Origin: Kiritimatiellia bacterium | Lineage (GTDB): Bacteria > Verrucomicrobiota > Kiritimatiellia > RFP12 > JBMNHG01 | Direction: 5' to 3' | NCBI GenBank assembly: GCA_050950285.1 | Contig: JBMNHG010000008.1 | Location: 62,001-126,000 of the forward strand | DNA length: 64,000 bases | In this document: piece by piece, positions 1-10,256 of the stretch | How the letters are laid out: each line of letters begins with the position of its first letter | How positions within the stretch are numbered: the first letter of the stretch is position 1 | Position numbers and translations under genes: made by a program | Notes under the pieces: generated by a model | What the model saw: the letters and a program-made list of their open reading frames with translations, nothing else | Told to the model about the DNA's origin: nothing | The model's database searches: none

Positions 1-2
1 CC

Positions 3-590
3 CTCTCCTCCGGACGGCGCGCCGTTTCCTCCGAAGCCGGACTCATCCTGTGCGGCGTCATCGTGAGCGCCATGGCCACAAGCCTGCTCATGGTGCTGCA
101 GACCTTCTCCTCGGAAAAGGGGCTTCTCTCCATCACCTGGTGGATGCTCGGCAGCCTCCAGTCCACGCCGCCGCGCCTTCTCGCGATCGGCACGACCGCT
201 TCGTTCGCGGGATTCCTTGCGGCCTGGTGGATGGCGCGCGACCTCGACGTGCTCACCCTCGGCGGCGAGATGGCCCACCACCTGGGCGTGAAGGCGCGCC
301 GCACCGCCCTTCTCGCGCTCGCCGCAGGAACGCTTTCCGCCGCCGCCGCCGTGGCGATGGCGGGGCTCATCGGCTTCGTCGGACTGATCGTCCCCCACGC
401 CGTGCGGCGCATCCTGGGAGCGGGACACCGCCGCCTGCTCCCCGCCTGTCTCTTCGCGGGCGGCGCCTTCCTCGTGCTGTGCGACACCTTCGCCCGCGCC
501 GCCTTCTCGCCACGCGAACTCCCCGTGGGCGTCGTGACCGCCCTCCTCGGCGGCCCCTTCTTCCTCGTCCTTCTCCGCCGTCGCCGCTAG
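3..590 (+). CDS. FecCD/BtuC-family ABC transporter permease (5'-truncated by window edge)
   Basis: Frame open from base 3; motifs GLIGFVGLIVPHAVR and ELPVGVVTALLGGPFFL; hydrophobic. Confidence 0.9.
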   Translation, partial: LSSGRRAVSSEAGLILCGVIVSAMATSLLMVLQTFSSEKGLLSITWWMLGSLQSTPPRLLAIGTTASFAGFLAAWWMARDLDVLTLGGEMAHHLGVKARRTALLALAAGTLSAAAAVAMAGLIGFVGLIVPHAVRRILGAGHRRLLPACLFAGGAFLVLCDTFARAAFSPRELPVGVVTALLGGPFFLVLLRRRR

Positions 591-610
591 CCCTCCGCCT
601 CCTTGGACCA

Positions 611-645
611 GACGGCGTGCCGCGACGTTCGCGGCGCGCCGTTTT
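611..645 (+). terminator. Hairpin terminator, member of a CGGCGYGCCGC repeat family
   Basis: GACGGCGTGCCGCGA-cgt-TCGCGGCGCGCCGTT followed by T-run after the permease stop. Confidence 0.65.
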
Positions 646-709
646 CCCCTTCCCTTTTCCGGAAGCCTCCCGCTGGCGGAGGACAGATGGTTGTGATACG
701 GTACTTCCA

Positions 710-3700
710 ATGAACCCACGCTCGATCCCCCATGATCCGTCGCCGACGAGAGCGCTCGTGCTGGTGGGCGCGGACGACGATGCGGGGCTCCTCGCCGTCC
801 TCGGGCGGCTCGCGGAGTTTCTCGACGCGGCCCCTGCCGCGCCGCTGGGGGACATCGCCTACACGATGGGAATCGCCGCGCGAAACGCACGGCTCGCCGC
901 CGCCGTCGTGGCGGAATCCGTCGCCGACCTCCGCACCAAACTCGCCACCCTGCACCGGCAGCTGACCGATCCCGGTCCCACGCGCATCGCCCGGCGCGGG
1001 CTTCATCTCCCACGCGCCGCCGCGGGTGAAGGGGGCAGGATCGCCTTCGTCTTCCCCGGCGAAGGCTCGCAATATCCCCGCATGCTCCGCAACATCTGCC
1101 TTTCCATGCCCGAATGCCTGCGCGCCTTCGACGAGGTGGAGGCCGCCAGCCTGGACGCAGGGGGAATCGCGCCCAGCCGATGGATCTTCCCGCTCACGCC
1201 GAACATCGTGGCCAAAGCCACCCGCGACGCCGGCGAACGCGTCAGCGTGGCCGAAGGCGTCCTCGCCGTACTGGCGGCGGACACCGCCTACGCGCGCCTC
1301 CTCCAAAGCCTCGACATCCGCCCCGACGGGGCGATCGGCGCCGGCGTGGGCGAGATTGCCGCCCTCGAATGCGCCGGGGTCTTCTCCTTCGCGGACGACC
1401 CCCGCGCCCGCCTGCGCGCACTCGGCAAAAGCTACCTCGTGATGCGCGACGCCGCCGACGCCTTCGATCCCTCCGCCACCGTCCAGTTCTCCATCAGCGG
1501 CATCCCGCACGAGACCTTCCTCGACGTGCTCTCCCGCTTCCCGGGAGAGGCCGAACCCACCCGCCGCTTCGGCCCCCGCCAATTCGCGGCCTGCGTGAAG
1601 GCGCCCGCCGCCGAAGCCGCCTCCCGTGCCTTCCGCGACGCCGGCGGGATCGTGCGCCGGCTTCCCTTCAACCGCCCCTTCCACACCCCGTGGTTCGCCT
1701 CCGCCGTCCCCGAACTCGCACAATGCTTCGACGAATGGATCGTGCGCCCGCCGGAAATCCCCGTCTACTCCTGCGCCACCGGACTTCCGCTCCCCGACGA
1801 CCTCGACGCCCTGCGCAAGACCGCCCTCGACCAGTGGATACGCCCCGTCGACTTCGCCTCCTCCATCGAGCGGATGTACGCCGACGGCTTCCGCATCTTC
1901 ATCGAGGTCGGTGCGCGGGGCATCCTTTCCTCGGGCATCGACGCCCAGCTGGAGGACCGTCCCCATCTCGCCGTGCCCATGAACCGCGTCCACAGAGGCG
2001 GTCTCTCCCAGGTGAACAACGCGCTCGCCGCGCTCGCCGCCTGGGGCGTGCGCTTCGACGTCTCCCCCCTCCACATCCACCGTGGCTCCCGCGAGATCGA
2101 CCTCTCGAAACCCGCCCCCTGGCGCCGGGCGAAGCCGGTGCGCCGCCTCCCCCTCGATACCGCCCTCCCCGCCCTGCGCCTCGATCCGGGCCGCCTGCCC
2201 GCGGAACTCCACGCCGCCTTCGCGGCGGACGCCCCGTCCCGCGCCGCCGCCGACCCCGCGAAGCGGCGCGCCGCCACCCCGCCCCGTCCGGAACCGGCGG
2301 AATCGTCCGCGCCCCCGCCCGCCCCTGCCGGCGTGGAGGTGGACGATTCCCTCTTCCCCCTGCTCGCCTCCTCGCGCGTGATCGCGGAAGAGCCCGGCAC
2401 GTCCATCGTCCTGCGCCAGCCCCTCTCGTTCTTCGACCTCCCCATCCTCAAAGACTGCACCTTCGGCGCCGAACCCGTCGCCGTGTCCGACCCCTTGCGC
2501 CGCGGCCTCCCCCTCGTGCCGCTTGCCTTCTGCGCCGAGCTCATGGCCGAAACGGCGCGCCGCATCGTCCCGGATCTCGTTCCCGTCCGCGTGGACAACC
2601 TCCACCTCCTGCGCTGGATTCCCTTGATCACCGCCCGCCGCGTCGTCCGCCTCTCCGCCCGCCGAAGCACGCTGCCGGGCGACGCCTCCGGCACCGTCCG
2701 CTTCGACACCGCCATCCTCGACGGCTCCGGAGAGGATGGAACTCGCGAGAGCGCGCCCCTTGCGCGGATGTCGATCGTCTTCGCGCCCGCCTACCCCGGC
2801 GAAGCCGCCATCCCTCCGCCACCCCCCCTCGACAATCCCCGCAAGACGGCCCTCGAAGGCGACAAGCTCCACGCCGGCCTCTTCTTCAATGGCCCCGGAC
2901 TGCGCGTCCTGAAATCCATCGTCCGCGCCAGCGACAACGGCGTGGACGCCCTCGTCGATCCCGTGCCACCGCCGAAGGACGACGCCCCCGCATCGCCCCC
3001 GCGCTACTCCGTCGCCCCCTTCCTCCTCGCGGCCATCGGCCACGCGCAGATGGCCTGGCGGAACCTCGGACGCACCCCGGGCCCCGTCCCCCTCGGCCAG
3101 GCCATCCGGCGCCTGGACCTCGCCACCGCCGTCCCAACGGAAGGGCCGCTCTCCCTGCGCGTCCTCGCGCGCCCCGCACCTGCGGAGGGCCTCGGCGCGG
3201 CGGACGCCTGGGTCCGCGACGCCCGCGGTACCCCCATCCTCGCGGCCCAAGGCTTCGAAACGCGCCTCTTCCCCCTGCCGGAACACCTCCGGCAAACCCT
3301 GCTCCACCCCATCGAAGGCTTCCTCTCCCACCCCCTCCCCGCCAAGGCGTTGCCTTCCCTCTCCCACGAAGTGGTCTGCCGCGTCGCGGACGGCATCCCC
3401 CCCGAATTGCTCGACGATCCGCAGGAACTCTGGATCCGGGCCACCGCCGCCACCGTGCTCTCCGCCGACGAAACCACCCGCTGGCGCGACATGACCGGCT
3501 CCATCCCCCGCCGCCACGAATGGCTCATGGGCCGGATCGCCGCCAAGGACGCCGTTCGCCACTGCCTCCTCTCCCGCTACAACCGCAAATGGGCCGCCGC
3601 CGACATTTCCATCGATCCGGACGAAGCCGGCAAGCCCGTCCCCCAAGGCGAATGGCGACGCCACTGCGGCGCACGGATGGACATCTCCATCACCCACAAC

Positions 3701-4153
3701 CCCGACCTCGTCATGGCCGCCGCCGCCCCCAACGCCTGCGTCGGGCTCGACGTGGAACGATGCAACCGCTCGCTCTCGGACAGCTTCATCGACGGCGCCT
3801 TCAGCCCCGACGAACAGGAGATCGCGGCGGAAAGCGGAGAGGGCTCCATCGCCCTCGTCCGCTTTTGGAGCGCAAAGGAAGCCCTCGCCAAGGCCCTGGG
3901 AACGGGACTGCGCTACGGCGCCGCCAACCTCCAGGTGTTCGCCTACGATCCCGCCGCCGGGCGCATCGAACTCGAACTGACCCGCCTCTGGACGGAGTTC
4001 TTCCCGCACCTCCGGGGCGAACGCCTCGTCGTCCACACCGGCATCCTCGGAAACTGCATCCTCTCCGTTTGCGTCCTCCCCCCGGAAGCCGTCCGCTCCG
4101 ACGACGAAAACTCGCGAAGCGCGAACGGCACCTCCCAAGCATCCCTCCCCTGA
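710..4153 (+). CDS. PKS/Pfa-derived multidomain protein: KS-AT linker, degenerate acyltransferase, degenerate dehydratase, C-terminal Sfp-type phosphopantetheinyl transferase
   Basis: FVFPGEGSQY and PFHTP (AT fold), FIEVG; DH-like LKDCTFG..LPLVP; PPTase motifs GRIAAKDA, ISITH, VGLDVE, FWSAKEALAKALGTG. Confidence 0.8.
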   Translation: MNPRSIPHDPSPTRALVLVGADDDAGLLAVLGRLAEFLDAAPAAPLGDIAYTMGIAARNARLAAAVVAESVADLRTKLATLHRQLTDPGPTRIARRGLHLPRAAAGEGGRIAFVFPGEGSQYPRMLRNICLSMPECLRAFDEVEAASLDAGGIAPSRWIFPLTPNIVAKATRDAGERVSVAEGVLAVLAADTAYARLLQSLDIRPDGAIGAGVGEIAALECAGVFSFADDPRARLRALGKSYLVMRDAADAFDPSATVQFSISGIPHETFLDVLSRFPGEAEPTRRFGPRQFAACVKAPAAEAASRAFRDAGGIVRRLPFNRPFHTPWFASAVPELAQCFDEWIVRPPEIPVYSCATGLPLPDDLDALRKTALDQWIRPVDFASSIERMYADGFRIFIEVGARGILSSGIDAQLEDRPHLAVPMNRVHRGGLSQVNNALAALAAWGVRFDVSPLHIHRGSREIDLSKPAPWRRAKPVRRLPLDTALPALRLDPGRLPAELHAAFAADAPSRAAADPAKRRAATPPRPEPAESSAPPPAPAGVEVDDSLFPLLASSRVIAEEPGTSIVLRQPLSFFDLPILKDCTFGAEPVAVSDPLRRGLPLVPLAFCAELMAETARRIVPDLVPVRVDNLHLLRWIPLITARRVVRLSARRSTLPGDASGTVRFDTAILDGSGEDGTRESAPLARMSIVFAPAYPGEAAIPPPPPLDNPRKTALEGDKLHAGLFFNGPGLRVLKSIVRASDNGVDALVDPVPPPKDDAPASPPRYSVAPFLLAAIGHAQMAWRNLGRTPGPVPLGQAIRRLDLATAVPTEGPLSLRVLARPAPAEGLGAADAWVRDARGTPILAAQGFETRLFPLPEHLRQTLLHPIEGFLSHPLPAKALPSLSHEVVCRVADGIPPELLDDPQELWIRATAATVLSADETTRWRDMTGSIPRRHEWLMGRIAAKDAVRHCLLSRYNRKWAAADISIDPDEAGKPVPQGEWRRHCGARMDISITHNPDLVMAAAAPNACVGLDVERCNRSLSDSFIDGAFSPDEQEIAAESGEGSIALVRFWSAKEALAKALGTGLRYGAANLQVFAYDPAAGRIELELTRLWTEFFPHLRGERLVVHTGILGNCILSVCVLPPEAVRSDDENSRSANGTSQASLP

Positions 4154-4347
4154 TCGCCTTCCCATCCCGCCCAAGGGCATCCGCCCGAGGCGGCCGCTCC
4201 GTTCCCGCCGTTTTTCGTCAACGCGCGCACCCGGAACGCCGCTTGTGTCGGCACGCCTCTTGCTGTACACTTTGTCTTTTCAGCCATTCGGACGGACCTT
4301 TCGTCCGTCTTTCGTTCCGATTGGCCCGCCTGCGCCCCCCTCTTGCC

Positions 4348-5388
4348 ATGTCAGACACCCGGACGATCCACAAGCAGATCCAATTGCCGATCTCGACCGC
4401 CTTCGCGATCGTGATGCAGGGCATCCGCATCCGCCTGGGCCGTTCCATGGTCACCCTTCTGGGCGTCGTCTTCGGCATCGCCTTCCTGATGTCCATCCTC
4501 ACCAGCGAAAGCATCAAAGAGGGTGTCGCGAAGGAAACGAGCCTGCGCACCGAACTGGGCCGGATGACGAGCTTCCTCTCCGCCGAGACGGGTCCGCTCG
4601 AAGGCCGCGCCATCGCGGTGTATTCCCTGGGGGCGCCGAACGAGGTCGAATCCCGTTTCTTCCAATCCATCGCCAGAGAGACGGGGCGTCCGCTCGCCTG
4701 GGTCGGCGTCCCCGCGGGACTGCCCGCCGGCGTCGCCGTTCCGGCCGATTCGCTGGAAGCCGCCGCCGAGGACGCCGTGGCGGTCCTCGTGACGGGAGGC
4801 GATACGATTCCCGCCGGGACAGATTTTTCCGCCGCGATGGCCGTGGCCCACCAGAAGGTGCTCGCCTCCACGCGGACCACCCTCTCGCCCGCCGCGCCGG
4901 AGGGGGCGTCGTTCGTGCAACTCGAACGGGAACTGAAGGAAGACGAAATCGCCGCCGCCGAAAAAGAGGCGAAGAAGGCGGCCTTCCGCTCGGGCTGGAT
5001 CACGATCATCTCGCTGCTGGTCACGGTGATCGGAATCTCGAACGCGATGCTGATGTCCGTGACCGAACGCTTCCGGGAGATCGGCACGATGAAGTGCCTG
5101 GGGGCGCTGTCGTCCTTCATCCGGACCATGTTCTTCCTCGAGGCCAGCCTGCTCGGGGCGATCGGCTCGCTTGCGGGCGGGCTCTTCGGCTTCCTCTTCT
5201 CCTTTGCGGCCTACTCGTTCACCTTCGGCGTGGGACTTGTCGCCTCCGTGCTGAACCCGCTGCATCTCCTTTCCGGATTCCTGATGAGCATGGCCGCCGG
5301 CATCGTGCTCTCCGTGGTCGCCGCCATCTACCCCGCGCGCTTCGCCTCGAAGATGATCCCCGCCACCGCCCTCCGCAGCACGATCTAG
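4348..5388 (+). CDS. FtsX/MacB-like ABC transporter permease
   Basis: RSMVTLLGVVFGIA and ISNAMLMSVTERFREIGTMKCLGA motifs. Confidence 0.85.
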   Translation: MSDTRTIHKQIQLPISTAFAIVMQGIRIRLGRSMVTLLGVVFGIAFLMSILTSESIKEGVAKETSLRTELGRMTSFLSAETGPLEGRAIAVYSLGAPNEVESRFFQSIARETGRPLAWVGVPAGLPAGVAVPADSLEAAAEDAVAVLVTGGDTIPAGTDFSAAMAVAHQKVLASTRTTLSPAAPEGASFVQLERELKEDEIAAAEKEAKKAAFRSGWITIISLLVTVIGISNAMLMSVTERFREIGTMKCLGALSSFIRTMFFLEASLLGAIGSLAGGLFGFLFSFAAYSFTFGVGLVASVLNPLHLLSGFLMSMAAGIVLSVVAAIYPARFASKMIPATALRSTI

Positions 5389-5442
5389 CGGACGCGGGGG
5401 ACGGCACGCCGCCCCCTTGCCCCTATCCCCCCGTACGGAAGA

Positions 5443-6216
5443 ATGATGGACAATCCACAGCTCAGCGATTTGTTCGAGATGCCCGCAGACGAAGGACGGC
5501 GGGCCATCATCCGCGGAGTCGACGTGTACAAGACCTACCGCATGGGAACGGTCGAAACGCACGCCCTGCGCGGCGCCACGCTCGACATCTACGCCGGCGA
5601 ATACCTTTCGATCATGGGCCCCTCCGGCTCCGGCAAGTCCACGCTCTTCAACATGATCGGCGGCCTCGGCAAGCCCACCTCCGGCAAGGTGTACATCGAC
5701 CAGGTGGACATCGCGCAGCTCGACGCCGAAGAACTCGCCTGGCTCCGCTGCCGCAAGATCGGCTACATCTTCCAGAGCTACAACCTCATCCGCGTGATGA
5801 CCTGCCTGGAGAACGTGATGCTCCCCATGAGCTTCGCGGGCATGGAGACGGAGGAGGCGCGCGAGAAGGCCATGGCGATCCTCAAGCTCGTCGGCCTCGG
5901 CCACCGCCCCCTCCACAAGCCCGCCGAACTCTCCGGCGGACAGCAGCAGCGTTGCGCCATCGCCCGCGCCCTGGCGAACTCGCCGGACATCGTCCTCGCG
6001 GACGAGCCCACGGCGAACCTCGACATGCACACGGGCGAAGAGATGATCGCCCTGCTCGCGGAACTCCGCGACGTGCTGGGCGTGACGGTCGTCTCCGCCA
6101 CCCACGACCTCAAGATGCTCAAGTCCTCCGACCGTATCCTGTGGATTGAAGACGGCCGCATCATCCGCATGGCCGCCCCCTCGGAAGTCGATTTCACGAG
6201 CCACGAATTCCGGTAG
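5443..6216 (+). CDS. LolD/MacB-type ABC transporter ATP-binding protein
   Basis: Walker A GPSGSGKST, LSGGQQQR, Walker B VLADEPTANLD, THD. Confidence 0.95.
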   Translation: MMDNPQLSDLFEMPADEGRRAIIRGVDVYKTYRMGTVETHALRGATLDIYAGEYLSIMGPSGSGKSTLFNMIGGLGKPTSGKVYIDQVDIAQLDAEELAWLRCRKIGYIFQSYNLIRVMTCLENVMLPMSFAGMETEEAREKAMAILKLVGLGHRPLHKPAELSGGQQQRCAIARALANSPDIVLADEPTANLDMHTGEEMIALLAELRDVLGVTVVSATHDLKMLKSSDRILWIEDGRIIRMAAPSEVDFTSHEFR

Positions 6217-6336
6217 CGGGCTCCGGGGCCAGCCCCCGGCCGCCGGAAAGGGGAAGGGCCGGACACCCGCAGGATCGCGGAGCCGGCCCTTGTTCTTTGG
6301 GGAGGCGGATCCGCCTCCACGCGTGGGAGCGCGGGG

Positions 6337-7845
6337 CTACCGCAGCATGCAGTAGAGCAGGCCGGCGGCGACGGCCGATCCGATCACGCCCGAGACGTTC
6401 GGGCCCATGGCGTTCATGAGCAGGAAGTTCGTGGGATCCTCCTCGAGGCCGACCTTGTTCGAGACGCGCGCGGCCATCGGCACGGCGGAAACGCCGGCGG
6501 AACCGATGAGCGGGTTGATCTTGTTCTTGCTGAAGAGGTTCATGATCTTGGCCATCCAGACGCCGCCCGCCGTGCCGAGGCCGAAGGCGACGACGCCGAG
6601 GACCAGGATGCCGACGGTTTCGCCGGTGAGGAACTTCTCGGCGGCAAGCTTCGAGCCGACGGAGATGCCAAGGCAGATGGTGACGATGTTGATGAGCGCG
6701 TTCTGCATGGTGTCGCTGATGCGTTCGACCACACCGCACTCCCGGGCGAGGTTGCCGAACATGAGCGCGCCGACCAGCGGCACAGCGGAAGGAAGAAGCA
6801 GGCCGCAGAGGACGATCACCACGATCGGGAAGAACACCTTTTCGATCTTTTTCACCGGGCGCAGTTGCGGCATCCGGATGAGGCGCTCCTTCTTGCTCGT
6901 GAGCGCCCTCATGATGGGCGGCTGGATGACCGGCACGAGCGCCATGTACGAGTACGCCGCCACGGCGATGGCGCCGAGCAGGTCCGGCGCGAGCTTCGAC
7001 GTGAGCCAGATGGCCGTGGGGCCGTCGGCGCCGCCGATGATGCCGATGGACGCCGCCTCCCGCAGGCCGAAGGTGATGGGCGTGAACTTGCTGAGCGCCA
7101 CGGCGCCGATGAGCGCGGCGAAGATGCCGAGCTGTGCGGCCGCGCCGAGAAGCGCCGTCTTCGGGTCGGCGATGAGCGGGCCGAAGTCGGTCATCGCGCC
7201 GACGCCCATGAAGATGAGAATCGGGAAGAGGCCGGTGTCGACGCCGAAGCTGAAGATGTAGTAGAGAAATCCGCCCGGCTCGACCGTGGTGAGCTGGAGG
7301 AGGTCGGAGGAGAGCCCGCCTGCCGCCTTGGCGGCCGCGAGGGCATCGGCCGGAATATTCGCGACGTTCAGCATCTCCGGGGTGGTCACGCCCGCGAACG
7401 GCATGTTGGCGAGGAGCCCGCCCAGGCCGATCGGGAGGAGGAGAAGGGGCTCGAACTCCTTGACGATGGCCAGATACATCAGCAGGATGCAGACGAAGAT
7501 CATCACGAACTGGCCGGCGCCGTAGGGGAGGCCGAAGAGCATCGAGACCTCGTGGCCCTTCACGAACGTGCCGTCCTTCCGGAAGTAGCCTTCGGTGACC
7601 CACTCGGCGGGCTCCGGCTGCAGGAAGCCGTAGATGCCGGTGTCCTTCCCGATGGACTTGACCCTCGCGACAATCTCGCTGGTCTTGAAGTTGCGGATGC
7701 CCTTCTCCTCGCGATCCCAGTAGTCGGAGGGCTTGTCGGGCGTACGGGCCGACTTGGCGGTCGCGGCGACGCCCTGTGCGGGGGCCATCGCGGGCATCGC
7801 GAAGGCCATCGCGAACAGGCTGAGGAGGAGCAGGGATTTCTTCAT
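6337..7845 (-). CDS. oadB: Na+-translocating decarboxylase beta subunit
   Basis: [50 protein letters not shown]. Confidence 0.93.
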   Translation of the reverse strand: MKKSLLLLSLFAMAFAMPAMAPAQGVAATAKSARTPDKPSDYWDREEKGIRNFKTSEIVARVKSIGKDTGIYGFLQPEPAEWVTEGYFRKDGTFVKGHEVSMLFGLPYGAGQFVMIFVCILLMYLAIVKEFEPLLLLPIGLGGLLANMPFAGVTTPEMLNVANIPADALAAAKAAGGLSSDLLQLTTVEPGGFLYYIFSFGVDTGLFPILIFMGVGAMTDFGPLIADPKTALLGAAAQLGIFAALIGAVALSKFTPITFGLREAASIGIIGGADGPTAIWLTSKLAPDLLGAIAVAAYSYMALVPVIQPPIMRALTSKKERLIRMPQLRPVKKIEKVFFPIVVIVLCGLLLPSAVPLVGALMFGNLARECGVVERISDTMQNALINIVTICLGISVGSKLAAEKFLTGETVGILVLGVVAFGLGTAGGVWMAKIMNLFSKNKINPLIGSAGVSAVPMAARVSNKVGLEEDPTNFLLMNAMGPNVSGVIGSAVAAGLLYCMLR

Positions 7846-7925
7846 GGGGGGGGTCCGGGAAGGGGTGGGAGCGGAGGGGCTTGGCCGCCCGCGGCCGCCG
7901 ATTCGGCCGCAGGCGGGCGCAGGAT

Positions 7926-9776
7926 TCAGCCAACGGTGGCGAGCACGTCGCCCGTGTTGATCTTGTCGCCCTGGGCGCAGTGGATCGTGACGACGCCGTC
8001 GCACGGGGCCTTGATCGGAATCTCCATCTTCATGGCCTCCATGACGAGGATTTCATCGCCCTCGGCCACGCTGTCGCCACTCTGCGCGATGAAGCGAAGG
8101 ATAAGGCCCGGGACGGGCGCGGCGACGGGCGTTCCGCCGCCGCCGGCGGGTGCCGCAGGCGCCGCGGGCGCGGGCGCTGCGGACGCCGCCGCAGACGCCG
8201 CCTGGATGCCGTCCTCGACCTTGACCGTGTACGTCGTGCCGTTGACGGTGGCGGAGCCGTCGGCAAGCGAGACGCCGTAGGCCTTGCCGTTGACGGTGAC
8301 GGTGAAATCATTCCCGCCCGCCGCCGCTGTCGGCGCCGGCGCGGACCGCTTGGCGGAGGCACCCTTCCGGACGCCGTTGGGCGCCTTGGAGGGGTCTTTG
8401 AGGAAGGTGACGCCCTTCTCGGCGCACGAGGCGACGATGAAGACGTTCTCGTCGGTGATGGGCAGGCCGGCGTCCCGGAGGAGCTTCTCGGCGGGGGCGC
8501 GGCCCTTGGTCGGATCGGCGTCGTTCACCTCGAGCACGGTCTTCGTGGTCGGGGCGAGGCCGAGCTGCTCGGAGGCGATCCGGACGATTTCGGGGTCGGG
8601 CGCGACGGGGGTCTTGCCGAAGTAGCCGAGGACCATCTTGCCGTAGCCCGGGGCGATCTTCTTCCATTTGCCGAACATGACGTTGTTCATCGCCTGCTGC
8701 ACGTAGAACTGCGAGACGGGGGTGACGGACGTGCCGAAGCCGCCGAGACGCACGGCGTCGTACATCTCGCGGATCATGTCGTCGAACTTGTCCATCATGT
8801 CGTTGTCGCGCAGCATCTGCGTGTTGGCGGTGAGGGCACCGCCGGGCATGGGGCTCCAGATGATGGCGGGATTCACGGCCATCGCCTCGGGCGGGAGGAA
8901 GTAGTCGGCCATCTGGTTGCGGAAGACCTTCTCGGCCGCGCGCACCTTCTCGATGTCGATGCCCTCGAGCTGGAAGCGGTCGTCGCCTTCGAGGGCGTGC
9001 CACATGGTGATGATGTCGGGCTGGCAGGTTCCGCCGGAGACGGGCGACATGGAGAGGTCGAGGCCGTCCGCGCCGCCCTCGAGCGCCGCGAGGTAGCAGG
9101 CGATGCCGTTGCCGGCCGTCTCGTGCGAGTGGAACTGGATGTGGACCCCGTCGCCCAGGATCTTGCGGGCGAGCCGGATCGTCTCGCGGACGGTGGACGG
9201 GGCGGCGGTGCCGGAGGCGTCCTTGAAGCAGAGGCGGTCGAAGGGGATCTTCGCGTCGACGATCTTCTGGACGCGATCGGCATAGAACGCGGGCGTGTGC
9301 GTGCCCTGGTTGTCGACGCCGGGGGGCAGGCCCATCATGGTCACGACCACCTCGTGCTTGAGGCCGGCGTCGTGGATGCACTGGCCGGACCACCGGAGGT
9401 TTTCGACATCGTTGAGGGCGTCGAAGTTGCGGATGGAGGTCATGCCGTGCTTCTTGAACAGGTCGGCATGCAGCTTGATGATGTCGGAAGACTGCGAGTC
9501 GAGCGCGACGATGTTGACGCCGCGGGAGAGGGTCTGCAGGTCCGCGTCGGGGCAGACGCGGCGGAACTCGTCCATCACGTCGAACCCGTCTTCCTGGCAG
9601 TAGAAGTAGCACGACTGGAAGCGCGCGCCGCCGCCCGCCTCGAACCAGCGGATGCCGGCGTCATAGGCGGCCTTGACGGCCGGCATGAAGTCTCTGGAGA
9701 AGACGCGGGCCCCGTAGACGGACTGGAAACCGTCGCGGAACGCCGTGCACATGATCTTGATCTGCTTGGGGGCCAT
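7926..9776 (-). CDS. oadA: Oxaloacetate decarboxylase alpha subunit (carboxyltransferase + biotinyl domain)
   Basis: [28 protein letters not shown], Ala/Pro linker, biotinylation motif EAMKM. Confidence 0.9.
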   Translation of the reverse strand: MAPKQIKIMCTAFRDGFQSVYGARVFSRDFMPAVKAAYDAGIRWFEAGGGARFQSCYFYCQEDGFDVMDEFRRVCPDADLQTLSRGVNIVALDSQSSDIIKLHADLFKKHGMTSIRNFDALNDVENLRWSGQCIHDAGLKHEVVVTMMGLPPGVDNQGTHTPAFYADRVQKIVDAKIPFDRLCFKDASGTAAPSTVRETIRLARKILGDGVHIQFHSHETAGNGIACYLAALEGGADGLDLSMSPVSGGTCQPDIITMWHALEGDDRFQLEGIDIEKVRAAEKVFRNQMADYFLPPEAMAVNPAIIWSPMPGGALTANTQMLRDNDMMDKFDDMIREMYDAVRLGGFGTSVTPVSQFYVQQAMNNVMFGKWKKIAPGYGKMVLGYFGKTPVAPDPEIVRIASEQLGLAPTTKTVLEVNDADPTKGRAPAEKLLRDAGLPITDENVFIVASCAEKGVTFLKDPSKAPNGVRKGASAKRSAPAPTAAAGGNDFTVTVNGKAYGVSLADGSATVNGTTYTVKVEDGIQAASAAASAAPAPAAPAAPAGGGGTPVAAPVPGLILRFIAQSGDSVAEGDEILVMEAMKMEIPIKAPCDGVVTIHCAQGDKINTGDVLATVG

Positions 9777-9820
9777 GGGGAGTCGTCCTTGCGTTGGGAT
9801 TTTGAAATGCCGGGAAAGGG

Positions 9821-10060
9821 TTACCGCCCGCGACGCCGCATGGCGGCGGCAATGGCGACCGCGGTGGCCGCGCCGTCGTTCGCCTTGGCGCTGTTCCGCT
9901 TGGGCGCGGGCGGCTCGGGATCGGGAAGCATGAACGCGAGTTTCGGCACGAACTTGCTGGAGACGTTCATCACGGAAATCAGGAGAAGAAGGAACACAAA
10001 CACGGTGCTCATGCCCACAAGCATGAGAATGAGCCCCTGAATCAGGATGTTGTCTTGCAT
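9821..10060 (-). CDS. oadG: Na+-translocating decarboxylase gamma subunit
   Basis: MQDNILIQGLILMLVGMSTVFVFLLLLI, Pro-rich linker, AVAIAAAM; first gene of G-A-B order. Confidence 0.88.
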   Translation of the reverse strand: MQDNILIQGLILMLVGMSTVFVFLLLLISVMNVSSKFVPKLAFMLPDPEPPAPKRNSAKANDGAATAVAIAAAMRRRGR

Positions 10061-10256
10061 TTGGTTTCCCTTGGAAGGCGCGGCCGGTAAAAATTGTGAC
10101 CACCCATTTTCCCATTTTTGGGGAGTTTTTGCAAGCATGAATCTTCCCGCCCGCGCGCTCATTTTAGATTTCGAGAAAAAAGCAATCGGTTAGGTCGTCG
10201 CGCGTCTAAATACCTGTCCCTTCGTTGCGGATTCCATGGAATCGGGTGTGGCGGCG

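Noticed and set aside
1114..4347. Long N-terminal extensions in the ORF track (e.g. 1114-5388, 26536-30525, 33299-35185)
   Set aside because: Arg/Pro-rich off-frame overlap with real upstream genes; not true fusions
710..6216. Complete PKS/PUFA biosynthetic cluster
   Set aside because: No KS, ACP, KR or enoyl reductase genes nearby, and the AT/DH catalytic residues are substituted
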